This document shows, in pieces, positions 16,045-25,658 of a stretch of 52,321 nucleotides of DNA (within the stretch, counting starts at the first letter, position 1; every line of letters starts with the position of its first letter). The stretch is from the NCBI GenBank assembly GCA_040755335.1, contig JBFMAU010000002.1, positions 1-52,321 on the forward strand. Reading direction: 5' to 3'. This stretch comes from Acidobacteriota bacterium. GTDB taxonomy: Bacteria > Acidobacteriota > Blastocatellia > UBA7656. Both the position numbers and the translations under genes were made by a program. A model generated the notes under the pieces. That model saw only the letters and a program-made list of their open reading frames with translations, ran no database searches and was not told the DNA's origin.

Positions 16045-18123
16045 CTACTGGCCCGGCGCGCGGCGAGTCGGGCGCGGGGGCGCGGGCGGCGCGACCGGTC
16101 GTATATCGCCTTCAGGCGCTTTGACTATGGCTGTATCTATCACCTTCTGATAAATCTTGATCTTGCCCTGCTGCTGAAGCTGTTTTTGCGCCCACGCCAG
16201 GTAAGACATAAACATCGCGTTGCGCTTTGTAGCAAGCAGGCCTTCTTCTATCGAGCGGCGCTGTTTTTGAAACTCCGCGCCCATGTCTGCGTCCGCGCGC
16301 TTGACCATAGAAGCGACGAAATAATTGTCGCCGTCTTCGAGTTTGATAGGCTCTCGCAGCACCTCGCCTTCCTTGAGCTTGTATATTTTCGCTCGCTCCG
16401 CCTCGTTGGTAAGAGAGCCTATCGAGTCAGTGCCTGAGAGAACCCTCTCATCGGGTTTGAGTTTCCGGGCGTCGGCTGCGCTTTTGAGCGCGTCGGGCGA
16501 GGAGGCTTGCGCGATCTGGCGGGCGAGGGCGAGGGCCTGCTCGCGGGCTTTATCCGTGCGATAGCGGTCCTGAACTCTAGCTTTGACTTCCTCGAAAGTC
16601 GGATCGTGCGGATCGCGTTTTTCTATGTACTGAGGAACGGCGAATCCGTTGTTGACGTTGAGGTAGCTGCCTATGTCGCCGGGATTTTGCAATTCGAAGA
16701 CCGAATCCTGAAATCCGACAGCCGCGCCGAGGTCGGGGAGCGAGTCGCCTTGGGCAAAAAAGGGCGTCTCTTTTACCTCGGCCACCTGTGCGTTGTACTT
16801 CTGATTGATCTCGGCCACAGTCGCTTCGATGTTGTTCGTCTCTTTGAATTTCTGCTCGGCCTCTATGGCGATGTCTACGGCTTTCGTATAGCCCTTCTCC
16901 GAGCGGACATCCTTGATGAGTTGCTCGCGCGATTCTTCAAAGGTGGGGAGTCTCCGGTCTGTGACTTTGAGTATGTAGAACCGGTCGCCTTTTTTGATAG
17001 GCTCGCTGATCTGGTCTTTCTGCATATTGAAGACGCGGTTGAGCGGATCGTCAGTTTCGCGTTTGTCTTTCTTGTTGACCCATCCGAGGTCGCCGCCTGC
17101 GGGTTTGGTCTTTTGATCTTCGCTCAACTCGCGCGCGAGTTTGGCGAAGTCCTCGGCGGGTTTTCCTTCCGCGCCGCGGGCGCGACCGACTATCTCGTCA
17201 GCTTTCTTGCGCGTTTCTTCTTCGGGCGTGGGTTTGTCTTCATCCTCTGTTTTTTTGCTGTCGGTCTTATTGTCAGTTTTGGGTTTTGGGATGTTGAGCG
17301 TGATCTGGCTCACGCGAACCTGCTGGACATTGCGTTCGGGGTTGAATTTCTGTCTGAGTTCGTCGTCCGATATTTGAATCGTCTCGCCCGCTTTCGCCTG
17401 ATTGATGAAGATGTAACGGGCGCGCCGCTGATCGGTGTTGATGCGAAAATCGGATCTGCGCGAATCGAAGTAAGCGCGGATATCTGCGTCGGTGAATTGG
17501 ATCTTGTCGCGGAAATTATCGGCGCGGACTTCGGCCCATCGAATAGTGTATTTGGAATTCCTGCTGCGATAATCTTCCTCGACTTCGCTTGCGGGAGCCT
17601 GAGCGGCTGCCGTCACGTAGCTGCGCAGTTTCTGTTCGGTGATGCTTGTGCGGACGCTCTCCTCGAATTCGAAAGCGGTCACTCCCATCCGGGCGAGTTG
17701 CTCTCGATAAACTTCCGGGCCGGGCCAGGGACTAAGACCCGGCAGCTTCTTGAGATTATCCTGCAACTCGGTGTCAGTAGTCTGCAGGTTGAGCCGTTCG
17801 GCTTCATAGAGGATGATCTTCTGGCGTATGAGTTCTTCAAGCACCTGCTCGCCGTAAAGCTCATAGACTTTGGCCGGAGAGTCGCGCCTTACGGCTCCCT
17901 GTCCCTGAGCTATTTGCTGACCGTAGCGAGATAGCGCATCGCGGTATTCCTTGGCCGTGATTTCGAGGCTTCCGACCCGCGCCACTACCGAATCGTCTGC
18001 GGAACCGGCTGATTGCTGCCAGACGATAGTGAAAAGACCGAGCATACCGAGCGCAAGCACGATGATGATGCCCCACAAAAAAGTGCGGGCTGTTCTCTTG
18101 CGACGGCTTAAAAACTTCAACAT
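16045..18123 (-). CDS. PpiD/SurA-like periplasmic chaperone, peptidyl-prolyl isomerase (parvulin domain)
   Basis: N-terminal TM anchor, SurA-N-like region, parvulin signature ...AGGDLGWVNK. RBS GGGAGG lies 8 nt before the ATG. Confidence 0.8.
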   Translation of the reverse strand: MLKFLSRRKRTARTFLWGIIIVLALGMLGLFTIVWQQSAGSADDSVVARVGSLEITAKEYRDALSRYGQQIAQGQGAVRRDSPAKVYELYGEQVLEELIRQKIILYEAERLNLQTTDTELQDNLKKLPGLSPWPGPEVYREQLARMGVTAFEFEESVRTSITEQKLRSYVTAAAQAPASEVEEDYRSRNSKYTIRWAEVRADNFRDKIQFTDADIRAYFDSRRSDFRINTDQRRARYIFINQAKAGETIQISDDELRQKFNPERNVQQVRVSQITLNIPKPKTDNKTDSKKTEDEDKPTPEEETRKKADEIVGRARGAEGKPAEDFAKLARELSEDQKTKPAGGDLGWVNKKDKRETDDPLNRVFNMQKDQISEPIKKGDRFYILKVTDRRLPTFEESREQLIKDVRSEKGYTKAVDIAIEAEQKFKETNNIEATVAEINQKYNAQVAEVKETPFFAQGDSLPDLGAAVGFQDSVFELQNPGDIGSYLNVNNGFAVPQYIEKRDPHDPTFEEVKARVQDRYRTDKAREQALALARQIAQASSPDALKSAADARKLKPDERVLSGTDSIGSLTNEAERAKIYKLKEGEVLREPIKLEDGDNYFVASMVKRADADMGAEFQKQRRSIEEGLLATKRNAMFMSYLAWAQKQLQQQGKIKIYQKVIDTAIVKAPEGDIRPVAPPAPPRPTRRAPGQ

Positions 18124-18505
18124 AGTTTGTGCCTCCCAGATTGAGGAAAAGTCGGTTTGAGGAAAAACCGAATTTTAGTCGAACGCGTCGGAGATTGACA
18201 ACCAAAGAGGGGGCCGTCCGAACGGATGGTCGAAATCAAAAATCAGGGCTTGACAATCTCTGCCGAAAAAACAATCATATTGCCCGTCAGGAATCTCTCT
18301 GAAGTTTTAATCAAGGACAAGACTGCTTTGCGGGGGTTGAACGACCCTTTGAAGTTCATCGCTGATGCCGGATCGGTGACTGTTTCCGAGTGATTCAGAG
18401 TCTTTGTCCGATCAAGGTGCAACCCGTGTAACACAAAAGAACAATTCAGGCTCAATCCATTTGGGTACCTATCCGCCTGGCAGGAGTTTGAAAGGAGAAG
18501 AGGCT

Positions 18506-21500
18506 ATGCGAAAAAAGATCAATTGCTTGCTGCTTCTGGTCACTGCGTTGACACTGGTGGCAAGAACCGCTCTGCCCGTCATGGCTCAACAGAGTCCTAC
18601 CGGCTCGATCAAGGGAACGGTGACAGACGAGCAGGGAGCAGTAATCACAAAGGCCACCGTCACGGTGACCAACAAAGCGACCGGTGAATCGAGAAAAGTC
18701 AATGCTGGCGATGATGGCATATATCTTGTCAGCACTCTTCCACCGGCAGAATATGAGGTGAAGATCGAAGCCGAAGGGTTTTCAACCCATATCTTCACAA
18801 CTGTAATCGAAGTCGGAAAGACCAACTCCGGCGATGTGAGCATGCGCGCTGGCAGTCCGAGCGAAATAGTCAACGTAGAAGCTGGCGCTGCCGTCATAGA
18901 CAAAAGCAGCAACCGCATTGAAGGAGTCATCTCGCGGCAGAAGATCGATTCTCTTCCGCTCAACGGGCGCAACTTCCTTCAACTCGCTTTGCTCGAACCG
19001 GGAGTGACGGTCTCGACTTCCAATCCCGGAAACGCCAACAACTTGTTCAACGTCTCGTTTGGCGGTTCCAATTCGGCCAGCACCCGAATCACGGTCGATG
19101 GAGGGAGCGTACTCGATCTGGTCACGGGCGGGGCCGCGCAGAACTTCTCGACCGAAACTATTCAGGAGTTTCAGATTTCCTCGTTCAACTTCGACCTCTC
19201 GACGGGCGTCACCTCAACGGGAGCAGTCAATATAGTTTCCCGCACAGGGACGAACGAGTTTCACGGGTCAGGCATCTTTTTCGCCCGCGACGATCAGTGG
19301 GCCGCCGTCCCGACGCTTCGTCAGGGAGCGCCTGATTTTCGCCGCTACCAGTACGGCGGGTCTTTGGGCGGGCCTATAAAGAAAGATCGCGCTTTCTTTT
19401 TCGGCAACCTTGAATTCCTCAATCAGGACTCGGTGTTTTCGACCGTCACCAGCGGGTTCAGCGGGTTCCGACAGTTGGATAACAACTTCGGCAGCCCGTA
19501 TGACGGACTGGTCGTCAATGCCCGCTTCGACATACCGAAGTTCATCAGCGACAAGAACAACCTGTTCCTTCGCTACAGCTATGACTGGAACGACACCTTC
19601 GCGCCTGTCACTCTCAACACCTTCCCGTCGAACTGGCGCGCAAATGAAAATCGCGACCACAATGCGATAGGCGGTCTGACGACCGTATTCACTCCGAACT
19701 TCGTCAACGACCTGCGCTTCAACTACCAGCGCATAGATAACGACAGCACCATCCCTACGGAAGAGGACTGCCCCTCGGTCAATCCCGGATGCGTGGGGCG
19801 CGGGGGGGTGCAGGTGATAGTGCTTGGCAGCGGCATACAACTGGGCAACTCGACAAACGCGCCTCAGAGCCGCGTGCTGAACCGCTATCAGACGACTGAC
19901 AATGTGAACTGGCAGAAGGGCGCGCACCGCATACGCTTCGGCGGCGAGTGGGAGCATAACCTCGGCAAGGGAGGCTGGGCATTCCTCGATCCTGCGCTCG
20001 TCGTCCTGCACGATCCCAACAACGTGTTTGCCGTCAACGCGGCGGTCGCCGCTGCGCCTATTCCCGCTCCGCTCAAGGCGGCTCTTACGATCCCGCTGCC
20101 TGCGGTGTTTTCAAATCCGACTCTGCCCATAACGGTAAACGATATCCTTCAGCTTCCCATCGCGGTGGCTTTCATAGGCATCGGCGATCCTATCCAGCCG
20201 CAGCCCTTCAATCGCGAGATAGCGCGCCGCAGCCATCGCTTCCGATTCTACGGGCAGGATTCGTGGCTGGTTCGTCCGGGGCTTACTTTCAACTTCGGCG
20301 CGTCCTACATGTTCGAGACGAACCTCTACAATCACGATCTGGCCAAGCCCGCTTTCCTCGCTCCTCTCGTCGGCCCTGATCTTTCTCCCTCGAAGAAGGA
20401 TAAAGACAACATAGGGCCATCGCTGGGGTTTGCCTGGGACGTTAAAAACGACGGCAAGACGGTCATTCGCGGCGGCGGCGGGATGTACTATGACACGGCG
20501 CTGTTTGTGACTCGTCTGCGCGAGCGCAGCTTCATCGCCCCGCTGCTCAACGGGCGGGTTCCGATCACGGGCGATTTCTATCGCAATCCGTTCACCTTCG
20601 TGCCGCTCCCGAATATCCCTGCGCTGGGGCCGTTGAATCTGATCAACGTCACTCCGGGTACGCCGATAAACTTCCAGGTCATTCCGACCAAGTTCACGGG
20701 CGCGCACTTCCTCCAGATACTCGGCCCGCAGAACGCCACCATCAACTCGGCTCTCAAGCAGCTCGGTCAGGCGGGATTCACGGGGATAGATTTCTTCAAG
20801 AACGGCGAAGAAATACTCGATCCTCAAAACGACACCCCCTACACGCTCCACTACAATCTGGGCGTCGCTCGCCAACTGCCGTGGAATATGACCGTCTCGG
20901 CTGACTTCGTGCTGCGCAAGGCGGTGCATTCGCAGTTCATCACCGACTACAACCGCTTCAATCGAGCGCCTGCAAACGGCGGAGCCAAGATTCGCAAGTG
21001 CGCAAACGCTCAGGAAGCCATCGATCCGACGGTGAGATGCTCGAACGGAGCCATCAACTTCGTCCAGCACGGCGGTCGCAACGAGTACCGGGCGCTGCTT
21101 GTGAAACTCGACAAGCGGTTCTCGAATCGCTTCCAGTTCACGGCAAGCTACGCGCTGGCTCAACTGCACGGCTATGTCACTGGCGAAAATCTCGACAACC
21201 TCTTCGAAAGAGTCGTCGATTTCGGAGGAGACGCGCGCCACAGCTTCGTCTTCAGCGGCATCGTGGAATTGCCCTGGGGGATTCAGGCGTCGCTCATTTC
21301 CATAGTCCGCAGCCGCGGGCCGTTCAACGCCCGCGTGCCGAACACCATCGACCTCAACGGCGATGGAACGCGCGGTGACACGCTGCCGGGTCTGACCCTC
21401 AATTCGCTCAATCGCGGAACGAGCAGGGAAGAACTCTTCCGGCTCGTCAACGAATTCAACGCACGGTTTGCGGGCCAACTCGACGCGCAGGGAGCTTTGA

Positions 21501-21790
21501 TCCCCGCGCTCGCCCTGCCGACCGATTTCGAATTCGGCGATAACTTCATGGCTCACGACGTGAGATTCGCCAAGAACTTCAAGTTCGGAGAGAAAGTAAC
21601 CGTTCAGGGTCTCTTCGAGGTATTCAACGTCTTCAACACCGCCAACCTCGGCGGATTCTCTACGACCCTCGACCGAGCGACGACCGCGCCGATAAATCGC
21701 GCCTACGGTCGGGCCACGCAGCGCGCGGGTCAGGCATTCGGATCGGGCGGGCCTCGCGCCTTCCAGATCGGCGCTCGCGTAACTTTCTAA
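18506..21790 (+). CDS. TonB-dependent outer-membrane receptor with N-terminal carboxypeptidase-regulatory-like domain
   Basis: Signal peptide, GSIKGTVTDEQGAVITKATVTVTN...YEVKIEAEGF (CarboxypepD_reg), plug region SLPLNGRNFLQL, terminal ...GARVTF. ATG 18506 lies after AAGGAG. Confidence 0.9.
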   Translation: MRKKINCLLLLVTALTLVARTALPVMAQQSPTGSIKGTVTDEQGAVITKATVTVTNKATGESRKVNAGDDGIYLVSTLPPAEYEVKIEAEGFSTHIFTTVIEVGKTNSGDVSMRAGSPSEIVNVEAGAAVIDKSSNRIEGVISRQKIDSLPLNGRNFLQLALLEPGVTVSTSNPGNANNLFNVSFGGSNSASTRITVDGGSVLDLVTGGAAQNFSTETIQEFQISSFNFDLSTGVTSTGAVNIVSRTGTNEFHGSGIFFARDDQWAAVPTLRQGAPDFRRYQYGGSLGGPIKKDRAFFFGNLEFLNQDSVFSTVTSGFSGFRQLDNNFGSPYDGLVVNARFDIPKFISDKNNLFLRYSYDWNDTFAPVTLNTFPSNWRANENRDHNAIGGLTTVFTPNFVNDLRFNYQRIDNDSTIPTEEDCPSVNPGCVGRGGVQVIVLGSGIQLGNSTNAPQSRVLNRYQTTDNVNWQKGAHRIRFGGEWEHNLGKGGWAFLDPALVVLHDPNNVFAVNAAVAAAPIPAPLKAALTIPLPAVFSNPTLPITVNDILQLPIAVAFIGIGDPIQPQPFNREIARRSHRFRFYGQDSWLVRPGLTFNFGASYMFETNLYNHDLAKPAFLAPLVGPDLSPSKKDKDNIGPSLGFAWDVKNDGKTVIRGGGGMYYDTALFVTRLRERSFIAPLLNGRVPITGDFYRNPFTFVPLPNIPALGPLNLINVTPGTPINFQVIPTKFTGAHFLQILGPQNATINSALKQLGQAGFTGIDFFKNGEEILDPQNDTPYTLHYNLGVARQLPWNMTVSADFVLRKAVHSQFITDYNRFNRAPANGGAKIRKCANAQEAIDPTVRCSNGAINFVQHGGRNEYRALLVKLDKRFSNRFQFTASYALAQLHGYVTGENLDNLFERVVDFGGDARHSFVFSGIVELPWGIQASLISIVRSRGPFNARVPNTIDLNGDGTRGDTLPGLTLNSLNRGTSREELFRLVNEFNARFAGQLDAQGALIPALALPTDFEFGDNFMAHDVRFAKNFKFGEKVTVQGLFEVFNVFNTANLGGFSTTLDRATTAPINRAYGRATQRAGQAFGSGGPRAFQIGARVTF

Positions 21791-21811
21791 CCTGAGCCTC
21801 AAGGCTTGAAC

Positions 21812-21846
21812 AGAAGAAAGGGGCCGCGCGGCCCCTTTCTTCTTTG
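21812..21846 (+). terminator. Intrinsic terminator
   Basis: AGAAGAAAGGGGCCG-CG-CGGCCCCTTTCTTCT followed by TTG. Confidence 0.8.
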
Positions 21847-22013
21847 ACCTGAAATTCTGTAACCGACCGACCGGTCGCACTTGAATTGGCACCGAGAAAT
21901 AAGTAGACTCGGCTCATCCCTTTAATTTCACGCGCCTGACCTTGATTGCAGCACGCGCTGCGAATCAAAGCGCGGAGTCTTCATTGAAAATAATCGAGTG
22001 AAAGGAGCGCGCC

Positions 22014-23444
22014 ATGTGGGTTCGCAAGTGCTACGTTGACGATGATTCGGATATTCAATCACCCATCCCCGACCGCATCTGTTCCAACGAGGAATTCATT
22101 CCCCCAATGCAATCGGCCAAAGAACGCGAAGTCGTAGAACGCCTTCGCGCGATGGCAGACCGCAACGCAAAACGACTGGGCCTTTCTCGCAGAGCATTCC
22201 TTCAGACTTCGTGCGGCATGGCTGCGGCTATGATCTGCTTCAACGAAGTTTTCGGCAAAACCTACGAGGTAGACCCACTGGAAGCTCTCGACCCGGCAGT
22301 ATCTCAAGAGAAATGGCCCAAGGATCAATTCATATTCGACAATCAGACCCACCACATCGATGTCGAGTCGCGATGGTTCGAAGAAACCGAGGCCGGACGT
22401 GAAGCTTTCAACTTCCTGCGCCGCTTCCGACCCAACGAAAAAACGACCGCCGATGTGCTGGCCGCCTTGAACGAAACGCACTATGTCAAAGAACTCTTCT
22501 TCGACTCAGACACCGTTATGGCCATCATCAGCGGCGTGCCTACTTCGGAATGGCGGGAAAACATCCTCCCGCCGGATAAGATGGTCAAGACCCGCAACGA
22601 TATAAACGAGTGGGCAAAATCTCCTCGCATGCTCAGCCACGGACTGTTGCGCCCCAATATGGGGCGGGCGGAATTCGAGGAGATGGAACGACAGCAAAAG
22701 GTTCTCAAGATCAATTCGTGGAAGATGTACACAGGCTCTATGATAGGCAGCGGCCCTTACTGGCTCGACGACGAGAAGAACACTTATCCCTTCTGGGAGC
22801 GAACGCGCAAACTCGGCATAAAGAATATCTGCATACACAAGGGACTCCCTCTGGGACTGTTCAACGAAGAGCATTGCCATCCGAAAGACGTTGAAAAAGC
22901 GGCGAAGGATTTTCCCGACCTCAACTTCATCATCTATCATTCGGGCTGGCATCCGACGGCGCGCATCAAGGAAACAGACCGCGCCAATCCGCAGTACATA
23001 CCCTGGGTTTCGGAACTGATCGATATAGTCAAGCGCAACAACCTCCGAAATGTTTACTTCGAGCTTGGCTCCACATGGAACGGAACTTCATTAGGGCGGC
23101 CTGAAGTGGCGATGCACATGTTCGGTCAGATAATGAACCTGCCGGGAGGCGAAGACCATATCATCTGGGGGACGGATTCGATATGGGGCGGCAGCCCGCA
23201 GAGTCAGATCGCCCGCTTCCGCAGTTTCCAGATTCGCGAAGACATCGCCGCCAAGTACGGCTACAAGCAACTGACCCCGGAGATCAAAAACAAGGTGTTC
23301 GGGCTGAACGCCGCGCGCATCTACCGTATAGATGTCAAAGCGAAGAGAAACGCCATCAAGACCGACCGCATAGCTCGGTTGAAAGAGGAATACCAGCAAA
23401 ATCCCAAACCGAGCAACACTCAATTCGGCTGGGTGTGGGCATAG
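22014..23444 (+). CDS. Amidohydrolase-family (TIM-barrel metal hydrolase) protein with Tat-like signal
   Basis: LSRRAFLQTSCGMAAAM signal. Amidohydrolase_2-like H..H and DS/HxG features (FDNQTHH, IHKG, IYHSGW, WGTDS). Strong RBS AAGGAG. Confidence 0.75.
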   Translation: MWVRKCYVDDDSDIQSPIPDRICSNEEFIPPMQSAKEREVVERLRAMADRNAKRLGLSRRAFLQTSCGMAAAMICFNEVFGKTYEVDPLEALDPAVSQEKWPKDQFIFDNQTHHIDVESRWFEETEAGREAFNFLRRFRPNEKTTADVLAALNETHYVKELFFDSDTVMAIISGVPTSEWRENILPPDKMVKTRNDINEWAKSPRMLSHGLLRPNMGRAEFEEMERQQKVLKINSWKMYTGSMIGSGPYWLDDEKNTYPFWERTRKLGIKNICIHKGLPLGLFNEEHCHPKDVEKAAKDFPDLNFIIYHSGWHPTARIKETDRANPQYIPWVSELIDIVKRNNLRNVYFELGSTWNGTSLGRPEVAMHMFGQIMNLPGGEDHIIWGTDSIWGGSPQSQIARFRSFQIREDIAAKYGYKQLTPEIKNKVFGLNAARIYRIDVKAKRNAIKTDRIARLKEEYQQNPKPSNTQFGWVWA

Positions 23445-23463
23445 CCTGAAGACATTCTCTTAT

Positions 23464-23495
23464 CGGGGGCGAGCCGCCCGCCCCCGAAAGTTTTT
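23464..23495 (+). terminator. Intrinsic terminator
   Basis: CGGGGGCG-agccgcc-CGCCCCCG followed by AAAGTTTTT. Confidence 0.7.
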
Positions 23496-23509
23496 CCCGC
23501 CATCACCGA

Positions 23510-23616
23510 GGAGTCTTTGATGTGGCACAATCCGTCGGATTGCGCGCGCCCCGAAAGCATGAAAATTCGGGGAACCCGCAAGCTCGCGAGCTTGCGCCAC
23601 CCGGAGGAGTCTGACC
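23510..23616 (+). promoter_or_regulatory. Conserved structured 5' leader motif, copy B
   Basis: GGAGTCTTTGATGTGGCACAATCCGTCGGATTGCGCGCGCCCCGAAAGCATGAAAATTCGGGGAACCCGCAAGCTCGCGAGCTTGCGCCACCCGGAGGAGTCTGACC ATG. Same architecture and spacing as copy A. Confidence 0.6.
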
Positions 23617-25239
23617 ATGCGAAAGATGAAAATATCTCTGTTGATCTTCGTCCTCTCGCTTGCGGCGCTTGCGCCTGCCTTTTCTCAACAATCGGCCAAC
23701 AGTCGCGCGGACGAGATGGTTCCCATGCGCGACGGAGTGAAACTCGCCACAACCATATACCTCCCGGAAGGCGAAGGCCCATGGCCCGTCGTTCTGGTTC
23801 GCACGCCTTATGGAAAAGATACTCAATCCGGGGGCCATGCCTCGTGGACGAAGCGAGGCTTTGCGCTAGTGACGCAGGATTGTCGCGGTCGCTTCAAATC
23901 GGAAGGCCAGTATCGCCCGTTCGTCGATGACCCGCAGGACGGATACGACACAGTTGAATGGATAGCCCGACAGAAATGGGCTAACGGCAAAGTCGGGATG
24001 TTCGGCGCGTCGGCTATGGGCATAACGTCGAACCTTGCGGCGATTGCCAACCCGCCGCATCTTGCGGCCATATTCGTGATGGTCGCCAGGTCGAGCATCT
24101 ACACCCAGTCGGCTTTCAACGGCGGAGTCTTTCGCAAAGAGCTTAACGAACTATGGCTCAAGCGCATGAATGCCGAAGATGTGCTGATGGAGACTTTTCG
24201 TCACAACGTCTACGACGGCTTTTATGATTCGAATGAGATGTCACTTCACTGGCAGAAAATTCATGTGCCGGCCTACAACTACGGCGGATGGTACGACATA
24301 TTTTCGCAGGGCAACGTCAGCAACTTCGCAGGGCTGCAAACGAAAGGAGGCAAGGGCGCAAGAGGCAATCAGAAACTTATGATGGGCCCTTGGGGTCACG
24401 GCGCTATCGAAGAAGTCAAATATCCGGCGAACTCTGTCGTGAATGTCAGCGAAGAAGCGATGCGATGGTTCGACTACTGGCTCAAGGGAGTGGATAACGG
24501 AATCATGCGCGAGCCTTCGGTGAAGTATTACGCGATGGGAGACGTGACCGATCCGAAAGCTCCCGGCAATGAATGGCGCACCGCCGCCTCGTGGCCCGTC
24601 CCGTCGCGCATCACGTCTTACTATCTTCAACCCTCCGGCGCGCTCAGTGACAAAGCCCCGACCATTCAGGAGAGCGCGGACTCTTACAAGTACGATCCGA
24701 AAAATCCGGTGCCGACGATTGGAGGAGCGAACCTCTTCATCAAGAAAGGCCCTATGGATCAGCGCGCCGCGGGAGAACGCAAGGATATTTTGAAGTACCT
24801 GACAGCGCCGCTCGATTCTGCGGTCGAAGTGACGGGACAGATCGAAGCTGAAATATGGGCCGAAAGCGACGCGCCCGACACTGATTTCATGGTCAAACTC
24901 GTGGATGTCTACCCGGACGGAACGGAGAGGCTGGTTCTGGACTCGGCCATTCGAGCGCGGTTTCGCGAAGGGTTCAACCGCGAGGTCTTCCTGGAGCGGG
25001 GCAAGGTCTACAAATTCAAGCTGGATTTGTGGTGTACGAGTCTCGTCTTCAATCGCGGCCATCGCATAGCGGTTCATGTGACAAGCTCGAACGATCCGCG
25101 CTATGACCCGAACCCGAACACAGGCCGACCGATGCGCGCGGATTCGGAAACGCGCGTGGCCACAAACGCGGTTCATCATGATAGAAAGCATCCGTCGAGG
25201 ATACTGCTGCCCGTCGCGCAAAACGGCAATCGTCCCTAA
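23617..25239 (+). CDS. CocE/NonD-family hydrolase (X-Pro dipeptidyl-peptidase S15-like), secreted
   Basis: Signal peptide, MVPMRDGVKLATTIYLPEGEGPWPVVLVRTPYGK, GASAMG nucleophile elbow, C-terminal beta-sandwich. Confidence 0.85.
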   Translation: MRKMKISLLIFVLSLAALAPAFSQQSANSRADEMVPMRDGVKLATTIYLPEGEGPWPVVLVRTPYGKDTQSGGHASWTKRGFALVTQDCRGRFKSEGQYRPFVDDPQDGYDTVEWIARQKWANGKVGMFGASAMGITSNLAAIANPPHLAAIFVMVARSSIYTQSAFNGGVFRKELNELWLKRMNAEDVLMETFRHNVYDGFYDSNEMSLHWQKIHVPAYNYGGWYDIFSQGNVSNFAGLQTKGGKGARGNQKLMMGPWGHGAIEEVKYPANSVVNVSEEAMRWFDYWLKGVDNGIMREPSVKYYAMGDVTDPKAPGNEWRTAASWPVPSRITSYYLQPSGALSDKAPTIQESADSYKYDPKNPVPTIGGANLFIKKGPMDQRAAGERKDILKYLTAPLDSAVEVTGQIEAEIWAESDAPDTDFMVKLVDVYPDGTERLVLDSAIRARFREGFNREVFLERGKVYKFKLDLWCTSLVFNRGHRIAVHVTSSNDPRYDPNPNTGRPMRADSETRVATNAVHHDRKHPSRILLPVAQNGNRP

Positions 25240-25258
25240 CATTGACCCTATCTGTCTG

Positions 25259-25334
25259 GTTCGCAGCGCAAGCTTTGACCGGAAGTCTTCAGCGAAAACT
25301 TCCGATTAAAGCCTGCGCTGCGAACTTTTCTTTC
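25259..25334 (+). terminator. Long compound hairpin plus T-rich tract after the CocE/NonD gene
   Basis: GTTCGCAGCGCA (25259-70) pairs perfectly with TGCGCTGCGAAC (25314-25). Inner stem GGAAGT/ACTTCC. Followed by TTTTCTTTCTC. Confidence 0.6.
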
Positions 25335-25557
25335 TCTCTTCTCCTGCGCACAAAAAATGTCTGCAAATCGAGGGATGCCTCCGCGAAGTTGCAAAGCGCG
25401 TCGGACTCTCTGTCGAGCCTTCCTCAAACAGTTGACTCATGCGCTGGCGGCAGTTATTTGCTCTGGGTCATGCGAGCGCGATGGCTTGTAGCGACTCTCT
25501 GCATCGCAGGCCGAGCGGTGATTATGATACTCTGTGGGTTCTACAGTGGAACCTTTC

Positions 25558-25640
25558 CGGCAGCGCAGACTGGCAGATGGCTGCCGTAAAGCATGAAAAT
25601 CGGGGACGAGCAGGCCCAAAGCCCGCCTCGTCGGAGGAGA
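25558..25640 (+). promoter_or_regulatory. Leader motif relative, copy C (hairpin - AAAGCATGAAAATCGGGGA - hairpin - GGAGGAG)
   Basis: CGGCAGC/GCTGCCG hairpin, a core identical to copy B apart from a 1-nt gap over 18 nt, then an imperfect GACGAGCAGGC...GCCCGCCTCGTC hairpin and the SD. Confidence 0.5.
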
Positions 25641-25658
25641 CATCAATTGGCGACTCGC

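Noticed and set aside
20111-21892. 593-aa ORF on the minus strand
   Set aside because: It is entirely antisense to the well-supported TonB-dependent receptor gene. It is Arg/Glu/Val-rich with no recognisable motifs, a typical GC-rich shadow ORF. The same reasoning applies to 16507-17934, 24241-25242, 45025-46095, 30882-31889, 13029-13964, 19268-20011 and 48076-48756.
23521-23545. Sigma-54 promoter (TGGCAC ... TTGC) within the leader motif
   Set aside because: The GG and GC elements are about 18 nt apart in copies A and B rather than the required 10-nt spacing. In copy C the spacing is off by one and the sequence is weak.
25240-25590. Pho box upstream of the porin-phn operon
   Set aside because: Only loose CTGTC-like fragments are present, with no tandem 7+4-nt periodic boxes at a sensible distance from a -10.
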